NCBI GenBank assembly: GCA_963702205.1
Contig: OY969724.1
Location: 736,001-800,000, forward strand
Source: an uncultured candidate division Zixibacteria bacterium
GTDB lineage: Bacteria > Zixibacteria > MSB-5A5 > GN15 > PGXB01
Length of the DNA stretch: 64,000 bases
Direction: 5' to 3'
Shown here in pieces: positions 10,347 through 20,354 of this stretch. Within the stretch, counting starts at the first letter, position 1. Every line of letters begins with the position of its first letter. A program made the position numbers and the translations under genes. The notes beneath the pieces were generated by a model. The model had not been told where the DNA came from and made no database searches. It saw nothing but the letters and a program-made list of their open reading frames with translations.

Positions 10347-10584
10347 AGGTTTTGTTTCTTAGTTGATCAAACAGATCAAAGAACAGTACCTCGACTGGGC
10401 ACTTTATAGCGGCCGATAGCCGCAACGCATTGTATAAGCTTGGTAGCTTTCGACCTTTTTCCCAATGCGACAGGTGTGCCGGACTTGACTGTCCAGTTAA
10501 TCTGGCCATATCCCGAAGCCGGAGACCGCGCTTAAGGCGATATCTCCGGAGCTGGTTTGCTTTGTTTGGGCTAATTCGGGACAT
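10303..10584 (-). CDS. XRE-family HTH transcriptional regulator
   Basis: LRRYRLKRGLRLRDMA..LSHWEKGRKLPS..VEVLF. Confidence 0.85.
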   Translation of the reverse strand: MSRISPNKANQLRRYRLKRGLRLRDMARLTGQSSPAHLSHWEKGRKLPSLYNALRLSAAIKCPVEVLFFDLFDQLRNKTYENKNKHNIKYTFE

Positions 10585-10699
10585 AGATGTTTGTGTTTGT
10601 TTTTGTGTATTTTAGAACACACGCACGTTTGCGCAATTGCCGAAAAGAGCTATTTAAGGTCTTACCAAGCGTTGATCACACTACTCAGCAAAACAGCAG

Positions 10700-10727
10700 A
10701 GCTTAGCACATCCACAGAATCTGTCAA
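10700..10727 (-). promoter_or_regulatory. Sigma70-type promoter for the XRE/RuvC/relaxase operon
   Basis: TTGACA-16 nt-TAAGCT with TGn extension on the minus strand. Confidence 0.6.
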
Positions 10728-10748
10728 GGGCGGCAGTACTTATCACAT

Positions 10749-10778
10749 TTGACAGGACCTCCAAAATTGTGCTATGCT
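10749..10778 (+). promoter_or_regulatory. Sigma70-type promoter for rep
   Basis: TTGACA-18 nt-TATGCT with TGn extension. Confidence 0.65.
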
Positions 10779-10806
10779 AAAGGTATCTAATAATCTAATC
10801 CCTCGT

Positions 10807-11661
10807 ATGAGAAACGAAAACGGCCAGTTTATTGGCTTTTCCAGCCCAAGATATACACAGGTTCCCGACGAACTGTTTGATGAACTATTGTCTGAACTTT
10901 CCGGGGCTGAATTGAAGGTTCTGATGTACGTTGTCAGGCGCACTTTTGGGTTCAAGCGTGACTCAGACCATATCAGCCTATCTCAGATGGTGAATGGAAT
11001 CGTAAAGAAGGATGGAGTTATTCTGGACAAAGGCACCGGCTTGGCCAAGGATTCTGTCGCGAGAGCGACAAAATCCCTTGTAGAGAAGGGTATTTTGGTA
11101 AGAAAACTCGTCACTTCACCCGAGCGTGGGTGCGAGGCCTCTGAGTATTCCCTCAGGGTTATCCACACCCCCCTGTCCGAAAATCATGACAGGGGGCCTG
11201 TACCAAAAATCGGACAGGGGCCAGTCCGAAAATCGGACACACAAGATACAGATATACAAGAGATATCTATAACGTTAGGGAACGCTGTGAATAAACCTAA
11301 AAGAAGAGTACCTGTGGATAAGTCCACCCAAGGGAAGCGTGAGTATTTGGCTCACCTCATATTGCAAACATGTAGGGATAAACAATCAATAGCATTTTAT
11401 CGGAAAGTCGTCAGGTTGTTACCTGAAAGGGCAATTCACGAGGCCTTGAGCCAGGTTAAGGAAGCTGAGCAACTCGGCCGCATTCGAGAAAGACCAGGCG
11501 CGATGTTCACTGATTTGATCAAACGCAAGGCCGAGGAGCTTGGCATAGATTTAAAGAGAGAGAACAGTGAGACGGAGCCATTAGCCGAAAAACGGTCGGA
11601 GCTTCCTGAATTCACTACTTCCGCTGACATGATGATGGCGGAACGTGTGGGAAGAAGGTAG
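10807..11661 (+). CDS. Replication initiator, phage lambda O / replisome-organiser-like
   Basis: YTQVPDELFD..LSGAELKVLMYVVRRTFGF..ISLSQ winged-helix N-terminus; the ATG at 10774 lies in the predicted -10 box, so 10807 is preferred. Confidence 0.75.
   Translation: MRNENGQFIGFSSPRYTQVPDELFDELLSELSGAELKVLMYVVRRTFGFKRDSDHISLSQMVNGIVKKDGVILDKGTGLAKDSVARATKSLVEKGILVRKLVTSPERGCEASEYSLRVIHTPLSENHDRGPVPKIGQGPVRKSDTQDTDIQEISITLGNAVNKPKRRVPVDKSTQGKREYLAHLILQTCRDKQSIAFYRKVVRLLPERAIHEALSQVKEAEQLGRIRERPGAMFTDLIKRKAEELGIDLKRENSETEPLAEKRSELPEFTTSADMMMAERVGRR
11159..11321 (+). promoter_or_regulatory. Putative intragenic replication origin (iterons plus DnaA boxes)
   Basis: TTATCCACA at 11159; three ~TGTCCGAAAATCGGACA palindromic repeats at 11173, 11198, 11222; A-rich tract; TGTGAATAA at 11286; TGTGGATAA at 11313. 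Confidence 0.7.
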
Positions 11662-11683
11662 GTTTCTCAGTTAAGGTGGCACA

Positions 11684-11845
11684 ATGAAGAAACAAAGAAA
11701 CGAAGAGACTGTAGTTCTGAGTGAAGATCTAAAACGGCGCATTGCAACAGCCGATTTGAGCAGCCTTATTGACCTCTTGGCAGGTTTGATCGTTAAAGAG
11801 CATATTCGAGAGTTGACTGTATCTGAGGACAAGAATCCAATTTGA
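11684..11845 (+). CDS. Small hypothetical protein (53 aa, MKKQRNEETVVLSEDLKRRIA...)
   Basis: Translated by hand; AAGGTGG upstream; fills the gap between rep and the convergent UvrD gene. Confidence 0.5.
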   Translation: MKKQRNEETVVLSEDLKRRIATADLSSLIDLLAGLIVKEHIRELTVSEDKNPI

Positions 11846-11850
11846 CTATG

Positions 11851-13989
11851 TCAAAGTCCTTGCAGAAAGCGGCTTCGAGTGCCAGTCGACGTAATCAACA
11901 CAGATTGTCTCGCACGTGTAATAGCAACATAGAGCAATGATCTTTCTCTCAGTTCCCCTTGAGACTTATCAGTTGCATTTTCAGCTTCAATGGCTAGATT
12001 CAGCGGAATAGTCCCATCATTCGCTCCTACTACGATTACATGTTCAAACTCCAGCCCCTTGACCCTATGCATCGTGGCATACCTTATTCCTGGTACCTTT
12101 CTGTCTTCTGCAGTACTGCGTCTTATTCGATATGAATCATAGCCTCTTGAACATAAAGCTCCTTCGAATTGAGCTAGTGCATCATTTGTTCTTGCGACTA
12201 TACAGATTGAGCTAAATGCGAAACTCTCCTTTACAAGCTGGAGGATATGTCTTTCAATCGCGTCGACTTCAGCAGCAAACGACTCATTGACAATTACTTG
12301 AGGCACTGGTCCATGAAACAGTGATTTATATCCTCGCGTATTGTCCACTCCGTTGTCTAGATCATCGTATGACTCTCCCTTAAGTAGACACACTGCCCAG
12401 TTGCGTGTTTCCTCAGTTGTCCTATAGTTGATCCGCAATCTTCTGCCACGGCCAACAATATCTATTCCGCACCGACCAAGCACGACTTTGTGTCTATAAA
12501 TTCGCTGATGGGCGTCGCCTGTAATGAATAAATCATTTGGTTGTTTTTCTCCATTGTTAGGTATCATTTGGCGTAGAAGGCGAAATACTTCGGCACTCAT
12601 GTCTTGGGCTTCATCCACCACTATACAGCGATAAGGTAGCACATTACCACGTTGCGCGAGTATGTGACGTGCATCTCTAGCAGCATCAATGAGTTCCTTG
12701 AATCTTCTTTCATTTAGCTGAGATCGGTATTCCTCAAAGACAGCCCACACCTTTGGTCGCTCTCGTCTACTCAACCTACGGCCCCTACCAATTCTATCCG
12801 CATAAAGATATGACTCTAGGCTTGTGATTCCGTTCTGCTGGACAACTTGCTCCCACTCATCTTTATAGAACTGTGATGATAATTCCATCGACTCATCTGC
12901 AACATTTAAAGAGTTTTCCCAAAGCGTTTGGACCTGCTGCTCAAACACAATCTCATAGTCATATCCATTTTGTTGCAGAAACCGAGTTATCCACGCGTCA
13001 ATATTGATTACCTCAATCCTCTTTAGAAGTTCTGCTGAACATAGCTTCTGTACGTTCGCTCGTATATCCGTCGCAAGATTTCGCGTAAATGTAGTCAGAA
13101 GAATGCGATCATCCCTATTGGTGCAGAAATGTTCAGCTAACCATTTAGCTCTGTGCATAGCAACAACAGTTTTTCCAGTCCCAGCGCTTCCGAGAACACG
13201 AACCGGCCCATTTGCTTGCATTTCTACGATTCTTCTTTGAGATGGGTGCAGGAATATACGCCAGTGTTCTAAGGGAGCAGCAAGCATTTGACGTAACTCC
13301 AGATCGTCTTCTACTAAAGCAAATCTACGCTGAGAATGAGGTCGTTTAATTGCACTTGTGAAGTCAGTAGTATCAATGGCGCTTACTTCTTCTGGTGCTA
13401 TAAGTTCTCTATATACTTCTTCTTGAGTGAATCCAGCAGCGAGCATATATAATGCTTCGAAGGCTTCCTCCGGCATGCTGTTAACAGACGCCTCAAGCTC
13501 TTCCTCAGATTCAAGCTTACGAATGAACGGCAATAGATCCTCCGGGATGCCCAAACGTATGAGTTCGCGATCGCGACATGAATCAAACAGTCCCTTAACT
13601 TGCTTCTCTGAATCAGACTTCTGCTCGTCTTCAGTCTGTGATACATCAATTACTTGGAGTGCACCTGTACCAGGATGAATTTTGAATTGACGGCTTATTG
13701 CCCATTGATATGCATCATCATGCTTGTCTACATACAAAAGCATATAGACATTACCGCGTTCAGGATTCAACACGATCGCGCGATACTGTTGATCGATCCG
13801 CACAGATCTCAAATGTGGATCCTTGGCGCCATTGATTCTCTCGTAGTTTAATCCGGGCGATCCTGGATCATTCTTAAATTTCTCAATAAACTCTCTAACC
13901 CTTGTCTGTTTGTCTTTCGAAATCTTTGAATAAGACTTAAGAAAGTCTGCAGATATACCAACTTGTATAATACTCTTTCCATTTTTCAT
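11851..13989 (-). CDS. UvrD-like SF1 helicase with N-terminal RelE-like domain
   Basis: GSAGTGKT, VDEAQD, GDAHQRIY, NYRTT, TMHRVKGLEF, YVAITRA; N-terminal PGLNYERI..SVRIDQQYRAIV. Confidence 0.85.
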   Translation of the reverse strand: MKNGKSIIQVGISADFLKSYSKISKDKQTRVREFIEKFKNDPGSPGLNYERINGAKDPHLRSVRIDQQYRAIVLNPERGNVYMLLYVDKHDDAYQWAISRQFKIHPGTGALQVIDVSQTEDEQKSDSEKQVKGLFDSCRDRELIRLGIPEDLLPFIRKLESEEELEASVNSMPEEAFEALYMLAAGFTQEEVYRELIAPEEVSAIDTTDFTSAIKRPHSQRRFALVEDDLELRQMLAAPLEHWRIFLHPSQRRIVEMQANGPVRVLGSAGTGKTVVAMHRAKWLAEHFCTNRDDRILLTTFTRNLATDIRANVQKLCSAELLKRIEVINIDAWITRFLQQNGYDYEIVFEQQVQTLWENSLNVADESMELSSQFYKDEWEQVVQQNGITSLESYLYADRIGRGRRLSRRERPKVWAVFEEYRSQLNERRFKELIDAARDARHILAQRGNVLPYRCIVVDEAQDMSAEVFRLLRQMIPNNGEKQPNDLFITGDAHQRIYRHKVVLGRCGIDIVGRGRRLRINYRTTEETRNWAVCLLKGESYDDLDNGVDNTRGYKSLFHGPVPQVIVNESFAAEVDAIERHILQLVKESFAFSSICIVARTNDALAQFEGALCSRGYDSYRIRRSTAEDRKVPGIRYATMHRVKGLEFEHVIVVGANDGTIPLNLAIEAENATDKSQGELRERSLLYVAITRARQSVLITSTGTRSRFLQGL

Positions 13990-13994
13990 AACTA

Positions 13995-16900
13995 TTAATC
14001 CTCTACTCCTGAAGGAAGTCCTTCGATCAGAGAGCCAATATCTTCGGTCAGATCATGTAATAAATGAACAATCCATCCGTTTGTCTCAAAAGAGTTGGTG
14101 AAGTGTGCTTGCTCAGGCAGCAGAATTGCAATGCGTAGATCCGGCCACGCCAACTCAGCGACCGCGACAACTTCACCATTAACCCCGCTTAGTTCATACC
14201 CTGGTTCCGGTGCCACTCTGTGCGATTTGTAAATAGCATTGATTACAGTATGCAGTCGTGAATTGGTTAATGATAGTAGCTCCAGACGAGAGTCGCCATT
14301 TGTCCTGCGTAATGATAAATGGTCGTGAAATACTGGCTCTTGTAGCCCATCGTATCTTGATCGAGAGATACCACCTGTGGTTATGAACTTTACCTGGGGT
14401 AAGAATTGCATGAAGTTGAACAACCGAAGGAATCCATTCCACGATGCTCGGAATGCTTCGGTACTAGATGCTATATCCGCATCGTCAAATAGTCTTGCTG
14501 TTACTTTCAATAGATGTGTCTCGTTAGGATTCTTAACATTCTCACTTGGCATAGCAGCCAACATGATGATAGCAGGTCTGTCAATGGCATCACATTCAAC
14601 AAGAATGCTTGCATACCAGTCATCCATCGAACTAGATGGACATTTGGGTATTTCTATTTCATTCCAGTGTCTAGATGACTCCAGAGCATAAAGGCTGCTG
14701 TTTATCCAGTTCTCTTTTCCATAACCTAAACTATTTCTCTTACCATTTATCGCCTGCAGGAAGGCATAAAAGCGCCACAACACCATATCAGGCCGATCTA
14801 AATATGTCACCAACGCCTCGAAACTGTTGAGCTTACTGAAACCGGAACATGAGTTAGTTCGGTAATCTTTATCGTAAGCATCTAGCAATCTAGTTAGAGT
14901 AGCTGGGCTATGATCTAAGTAATTGTTGAAGTAATCTCTGTTATTTGATCCAAACTGGTGTTCTACATCCTGCCAACTGAGGGACCAGGTTAAGAACTTG
15001 CCCGATCTAACAATTGCCATTCTCTGTGATAGATCTTCGCCCACGCGTAGATTGCCTGCGGACACATCTGCGTGATATTGAAACCCGTCGGTGAACACGG
15101 CTATCGGTAAGCTTAAATTGCGCTTTGTTGGATAGAATACAAAGTCGGCAATGGAAGGGATTGTCACCCCTTCTGAGTTGCCGATACTTACTTGAGGTTC
15201 AATAGTCCATACTGTTTTGTCCAATTTCAAGTGCCAGCCAGGTTTGCCATTCACAACTTCGTTGGTTAGTACTGCTGGTTTGCCCGCAGGACAACTGCGA
15301 CGAAGAGCCTCAACGAATCGGGCTTCAAGCTCGCTATCAAGCAATGAGTTGATTGGTATATTGCTTACTGTATCAATTGCTATCAAGCGATTGCGACAAG
15401 CAACGATATCCGTCAATAGGCTAATGGCCTCCCGACGCGAAATTTCGGCCATATCCTTGCTTACTCGATAAGCATACAAGCACCTATAACATCCGTCTTT
15501 CTCTGGGTCGTTTTGACACCTACAATCTTTCAAGGCTTCTAGTGCTTGAGAGATAAGCTCCATCATGCTATTTTCAGTTTGAGATAGTTCTTTGAGATAA
15601 CCTGTACCGCCAGGAATTCGGTCATAAAGAACCAAAAACTGCTTCTTGATTGCGCTTCCTTCAACTGGTTCCTCTACTACCGTTGTCGCCAGGTGATCAA
15701 TACTCCCTTTAAACATTTTTTCGAGCCCCAGGTACAGGGCAGCAACAAAGGAATGGAGCTTAACTGGCATACCACAAGATGTTACAGGCAATAGAATACG
15801 AATGGCTTCTGATGAAAACTGGCGATATAGATATAGATAATCTAGGAAGGGCTTGTCGGTGCTCTTTCCATGATACCTGCAGGTTAATGCGTGTCGAAAC
15901 TCCTCATCCTGTTCAGGATCCCTGACTTTACCACATGCCTTACAGACCATGAAACCATCGACGGGAACAGATTTTCCCGCTATATCAATTGTCTCACCAA
16001 GGCCGGTTTGAGACCCGAAATTGATTTCCTTGAAGTCTACTTTACGAAGAAACTCGAAACCAAATGGAACATCGTCTGAGTCAATTCGGAAGGCTTTTTC
16101 GATGAACTGCGGTTTTGCATCAACGAGCATATGCTTGTTATAGAACTGGGGCTCACGCGAATCATTTGTATCGTCTACACGACTCTCTCTATCAGATGTT
16201 GTTGCTTCAACCTGATGTAGCCTAAGCATACTGCGTTTCTGACCTGCATCTGCCCAAATGAGACTACCACACCTTGGACAACTGGACTTATGAGTGTTCA
16301 GTGTTTCTCTTATCGCATAGCTGCAGGCATTGCAGAACCGCCAATCCTCTGGCTGCGATAATTCTATATTAATGCGATCAATGGTAACTTTTCGCCCATC
16401 AGCGTAGAACATATTGGCAGGCGCAAGTTCATGAATGGCAGTTGCGGCAGGTCTCTGGTACTCATATACACGCGTGTCGTACTTGCCATATTGATCCGTT
16501 ACATTCCTCTTTCGATAGATTATTGAGCGAAGAAGAATCCCCGCTTCAGGAAATGCATAGTTGGGCAAAAGGCCTTCGTCAGTGAAGAAATTGAAAGTGT
16601 CCTTCTCATTTATACTATGGATAATTCCGTTCAATGATGCCTTGTCGCGCTTCAGCTCAAGAATCTCTCCCTCAGTGTTCTGATCCTTGGCTTTCGAAGA
16701 TTCCTTGGTTTTGATAGTCCGGTTAATCTGCTGAACTCGACTTCGTAAGCTATCCCGCTCCTTCTTTAGACCATTCAGCCTGTTTAACACTTTGTAGATC
16801 AAGCTTTCTTCCTTATCTGCATCCCCTTCAACAAACGCCTTCAGTCTCTCCCGCGAAGCATCGTTAAGTGTATTCTCAAATAACCTTTGAAAGCTGTTCA

Positions 16901-19900
16901 GCAACTCTGTTCGTCTGGTATCGATAAAATCTAGCCAGTTATATGGAAATAGACCCGATCGCTTGTTTTTTGCAAGGTTATTGAGAACTTGACCGACCTT
17001 TCGTGGAAGGTCTGTAATGGAGATACTACTTTCTGACCAACGATCGAAACCATAACCGACAAACTGTCTCTCCAAGACAGCTGGCGCGTTAAGAAATACT
17101 CCCGGCGGTTCAACAGCCCCACCCAGCATATCCTGAGGTTCCTCAAAGAAGTAAAGATCGTGTGGCTTACCTTCCGCCATTGCAAAGTTAAAAGCATTAC
17201 CATCATGTCGACCCGATCGACCAATCCGCTGGAGATAATTGGCCTGTGACGGAGGTACCGAGCAAAGAAGTACCGTAGAAAGATCCCCTATGTTAATACC
17301 CATCTCCAGGGTGGGCGTACATGATAAGAGGTTCTCTGACGCAGGCATGTCTTGTTTAATGAAACGGCTTTCTAGCAACTCCCTGTCCTCGCGTTTCAAC
17401 AGTCCTGTATGTTCTCCAGCGAAAATGCGATTTACTTCTCCCGACGAATACAACCTTCCATAATAATCCAAAACCGGCGCCTGCAATTCATATCTGCCGG
17501 GGCAACGGAATCTCCGACATGGCATGTCTTCCCAAAATAATCTTTCGGATTTGGGTGCGGAGATCACGAAACTACAATGATTGCAACGATGCTGGTCTAC
17601 ATCACGTTCGACTTGCAGAGCATCAGGGCGAAGACACCAAATAGTGTGCCCACTCCTGTCATAATGAGCAAGAATACCGCAATCCACTAGGGTTTTGAGT
17701 ACCACTCTATAAACCGAATCAGCATACTCTCCGATTCTTGGATTGGCCACCTCCATAGAGCGTCGCAACCAGTTTTGATACCAACTCTCGTTAGTACCGG
17801 ATGCTAACAATGCATCGAATCGAGTGCCTCCTCGCTTAGTGGTTAAGAAGATTGGTGCTCTCTTGCCGAACTTTGGAAGAAACGGCACCTTATTTAATAC
17901 AAAGATACTACCCCAACTTTCGATGTACGTATTGAGTGCTCCAGTATCTACTGCTCCAAGGGTCTTAAGCCGGATGAGCAGTCCCAGCAGAAATGACGTT
18001 ACCACAGCAGTTTCAAGTGACTGCCAGCCGCCTATTTCGTTTTGAAGTTGTTCGGAAATCTTTGCTGATGCCAATGTTATTAGAGACAGTGACGGATGTG
18101 CGATTGAACAGCTCGTTTTTTCCAATGTCCGTCCAATTCGTGAACGAAAGCAATATTCGCTAGAAATCTCCCATTGGATTCTTTCTTCAATCCATCGTAG
18201 TAACTCAGAGTCTTCGGGAATTCGCCCGGTGGTCTTCAGCTTTTCGTAGTCCTCATGCCACTCCATATCGGGCGCCAGGAATGTTGCAATGTAATATGGC
18301 TCTGGCAGACGTTTTCGCCAGTATTCCGTGAACTTCTTCGGTAGATCCTCAAGTGACACAGGTTCATCTAAACCAGCAATCACTTGTTGTAGCGCTGTGC
18401 GGAAGTTAAAGCGAAAAGTCCGGGCTTCAAAGAAACCAGCTCGATGAGATGCATCCTGAACAGAGTCTGAGAATGCGAGCAACTTTCTGTCCTGGTCGTT
18501 ATAGTACGTTGAATTGTAGAGTTGTCCAATGACAACTGAAAGCAAACTTGCTGAGCGACTACCGACAATCGTCATACTGTCATGGGATTCACAATAAGGG
18601 CAATCGTGGCTACCGAATGAACGGCTTTTTCGCTTAACACGCTTATTCACAATATGAGACGCCACAATCTTATCTTTTAAGCCGCATGCTGGACAGACCT
18701 CTGGCGGTTCACCATCTCCCATATGTAAACAGTGACCGCAGATGTAGGCCGGAAACTCCAACTGTGGATCCTTAGATTGCAACGACGGGAAAATGAAGTG
18801 AATATTAGGACTATAGTTAAAATATGCTTGATAGAACTTCTGCAGATCTGACGCAAATTCGCTATCCTGCTGACGTTTCACCGCTGCCCAGCCCATTGCC
18901 CCACACTCTCGACAATGCACAAGCGGAAGGTGGTTCTGAAGCTGTTCGGGTTTCAGATCATCTGAAAATCTAATATGAGCATCAGGAGCCACTTCAGAGA
19001 CAACGCGTCTTAATTCTCGCATCCAAACCTGGATTCTAACATCTAAGAATGGTAATAGCTTATCGTTGGCTTCGCTACTCTGTCGACGTGCTACTGAAAT
19101 CAGAGCGAGCATACTATCAATCAGCGCGCTAAGGAATACGTGATCGGCATCGAGCAAAGAAGCGTCGATTTTCTGCAGACTCTCCGCAATTTGTTCGATG
19201 GTGAAGGTCTGATTATTTAGAATCAGTATCAGACTGCGGAAAAACGAGTGTTGCCTCAATTCATCACTCAGAGTTACCACCCATTTGGCGCGCGAGGGAT
19301 CGGCTGCCTTCTGGCCAAACCACAACTCATACTGCCGAGATATAAAGGATTGCCAATCTGTGAAGTTGTCAGGTAGCAAATCGTCTATGTAGCTCTTGTC
19401 AATAATATCGTGTCTTGTAATGGGTGTGTCACCGAGAAATTCGGTTGCGGTGTATCTATCCTCAGTAACTACTGACTCAGCATCAAAGTCCTCATTAAAA
19501 ATATCCTTGGCATAATCGCGTAGCTCAATAGCGTCTTCTTCACCACCGAGCGTCGCAGAAGTACCGACACAGCAAACATAGCCTGATGGCGCTTTAACCC
19601 TCGCCTTTAGCCTTCTTATAAGACAGGCCAAGTCGGTCCCTTGGGCACCATCGAAAGTATGTAGCTCATCCACAACTAGGAATCTGAGCGTTTCTGGAGC
19701 ATTGTCCTTCCAAAGCCGGAAATCACCTGGACGAATAAGCAAATAATCAAGCATCTTGTAGTTGGTCAGCAGAATATCCGGGGGAGATGTCCGCATGGTG
19801 TCTTTGTGCGTGATCACCATATCTTGGGTCATTGTCATCTGACCTTTACCGGCAGGATCCTGGCCCACAAATAGGCCTGCTGTGACATTGCCCTTCAGAT

Positions 19901-20354
19901 TCTCTCCTGACGCGATGAGGCTCGCCATGCGTTTGGCCTGATCATTTGCCAAAGCATTCATAGGATATATAATAATTGCCTTGATTCCCGGCTCACCACG
20001 GTGCTGATAACAGTAATCCAAGATAGGATACAAGAAGCACTCGGTTTTGCCGGATCCGGTCCCAGTGGAAATGATCGTGGATTTAGCCGTGTCAGCACTT
20101 AGGCGTGTGAAAGCCTTTTCCTGGTGCAGATAGGGCGGATGAGACATCTTGAAGGAGTCAAAGTAGTCACGATCAAGGGTGCCCTGCCTGAACGGTAGCT
20201 TCACGGAGACATAGGGACCTTTGAAGAGTCGTTTGCGCTCTTCGAAGAGCCGGTCTAATATACCGTGGAAGAACGGATTAGATGGGGGAAATGTTGTGCG
20301 AAGGAAATCCTCAATTCCACGCTCTACTTGGCTCGCAATAACAGACGGAATCAT
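13995..20354 (-). CDS. 2119-aa YprA/Hrq1-family DEAD/DEAH helicase with DUF1998 Zn domain and C-terminal nuclease-like region
   Basis: TGTGSGKT, PMNALANDQ, DELH, SAT, TPTLEMGINIG, QRIGRSGR; multiple CxxC; CRC..DGCYRC; ADFVF..FTDGFQYH. Confidence 0.85.
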   Translation of the reverse strand: MIPSVIASQVERGIEDFLRTTFPPSNPFFHGILDRLFEERKRLFKGPYVSVKLPFRQGTLDRDYFDSFKMSHPPYLHQEKAFTRLSADTAKSTIISTGTGSGKTECFLYPILDYCYQHRGEPGIKAIIIYPMNALANDQAKRMASLIASGENLKGNVTAGLFVGQDPAGKGQMTMTQDMVITHKDTMRTSPPDILLTNYKMLDYLLIRPGDFRLWKDNAPETLRFLVVDELHTFDGAQGTDLACLIRRLKARVKAPSGYVCCVGTSATLGGEEDAIELRDYAKDIFNEDFDAESVVTEDRYTATEFLGDTPITRHDIIDKSYIDDLLPDNFTDWQSFISRQYELWFGQKAADPSRAKWVVTLSDELRQHSFFRSLILILNNQTFTIEQIAESLQKIDASLLDADHVFLSALIDSMLALISVARRQSSEANDKLLPFLDVRIQVWMRELRRVVSEVAPDAHIRFSDDLKPEQLQNHLPLVHCRECGAMGWAAVKRQQDSEFASDLQKFYQAYFNYSPNIHFIFPSLQSKDPQLEFPAYICGHCLHMGDGEPPEVCPACGLKDKIVASHIVNKRVKRKSRSFGSHDCPYCESHDSMTIVGSRSASLLSVVIGQLYNSTYYNDQDRKLLAFSDSVQDASHRAGFFEARTFRFNFRTALQQVIAGLDEPVSLEDLPKKFTEYWRKRLPEPYYIATFLAPDMEWHEDYEKLKTTGRIPEDSELLRWIEERIQWEISSEYCFRSRIGRTLEKTSCSIAHPSLSLITLASAKISEQLQNEIGGWQSLETAVVTSFLLGLLIRLKTLGAVDTGALNTYIESWGSIFVLNKVPFLPKFGKRAPIFLTTKRGGTRFDALLASGTNESWYQNWLRRSMEVANPRIGEYADSVYRVVLKTLVDCGILAHYDRSGHTIWCLRPDALQVERDVDQHRCNHCSFVISAPKSERLFWEDMPCRRFRCPGRYELQAPVLDYYGRLYSSGEVNRIFAGEHTGLLKREDRELLESRFIKQDMPASENLLSCTPTLEMGINIGDLSTVLLCSVPPSQANYLQRIGRSGRHDGNAFNFAMAEGKPHDLYFFEEPQDMLGGAVEPPGVFLNAPAVLERQFVGYGFDRWSESSISITDLPRKVGQVLNNLAKNKRSGLFPYNWLDFIDTRRTELLNSFQRLFENTLNDASRERLKAFVEGDADKEESLIYKVLNRLNGLKKERDSLRSRVQQINRTIKTKESSKAKDQNTEGEILELKRDKASLNGIIHSINEKDTFNFFTDEGLLPNYAFPEAGILLRSIIYRKRNVTDQYGKYDTRVYEYQRPAATAIHELAPANMFYADGRKVTIDRINIELSQPEDWRFCNACSYAIRETLNTHKSSCPRCGSLIWADAGQKRSMLRLHQVEATTSDRESRVDDTNDSREPQFYNKHMLVDAKPQFIEKAFRIDSDDVPFGFEFLRKVDFKEINFGSQTGLGETIDIAGKSVPVDGFMVCKACGKVRDPEQDEEFRHALTCRYHGKSTDKPFLDYLYLYRQFSSEAIRILLPVTSCGMPVKLHSFVAALYLGLEKMFKGSIDHLATTVVEEPVEGSAIKKQFLVLYDRIPGGTGYLKELSQTENSMMELISQALEALKDCRCQNDPEKDGCYRCLYAYRVSKDMAEISRREAISLLTDIVACRNRLIAIDTVSNIPINSLLDSELEARFVEALRRSCPAGKPAVLTNEVVNGKPGWHLKLDKTVWTIEPQVSIGNSEGVTIPSIADFVFYPTKRNLSLPIAVFTDGFQYHADVSAGNLRVGEDLSQRMAIVRSGKFLTWSLSWQDVEHQFGSNNRDYFNNYLDHSPATLTRLLDAYDKDYRTNSCSGFSKLNSFEALVTYLDRPDMVLWRFYAFLQAINGKRNSLGYGKENWINSSLYALESSRHWNEIEIPKCPSSSMDDWYASILVECDAIDRPAIIMLAAMPSENVKNPNETHLLKVTARLFDDADIASSTEAFRASWNGFLRLFNFMQFLPQVKFITTGGISRSRYDGLQEPVFHDHLSLRRTNGDSRLELLSLTNSRLHTVINAIYKSHRVAPEPGYELSGVNGEVVAVAELAWPDLRIAILLPEQAHFTNSFETNGWIVHLLHDLTEDIGSLIEGLPSGVED

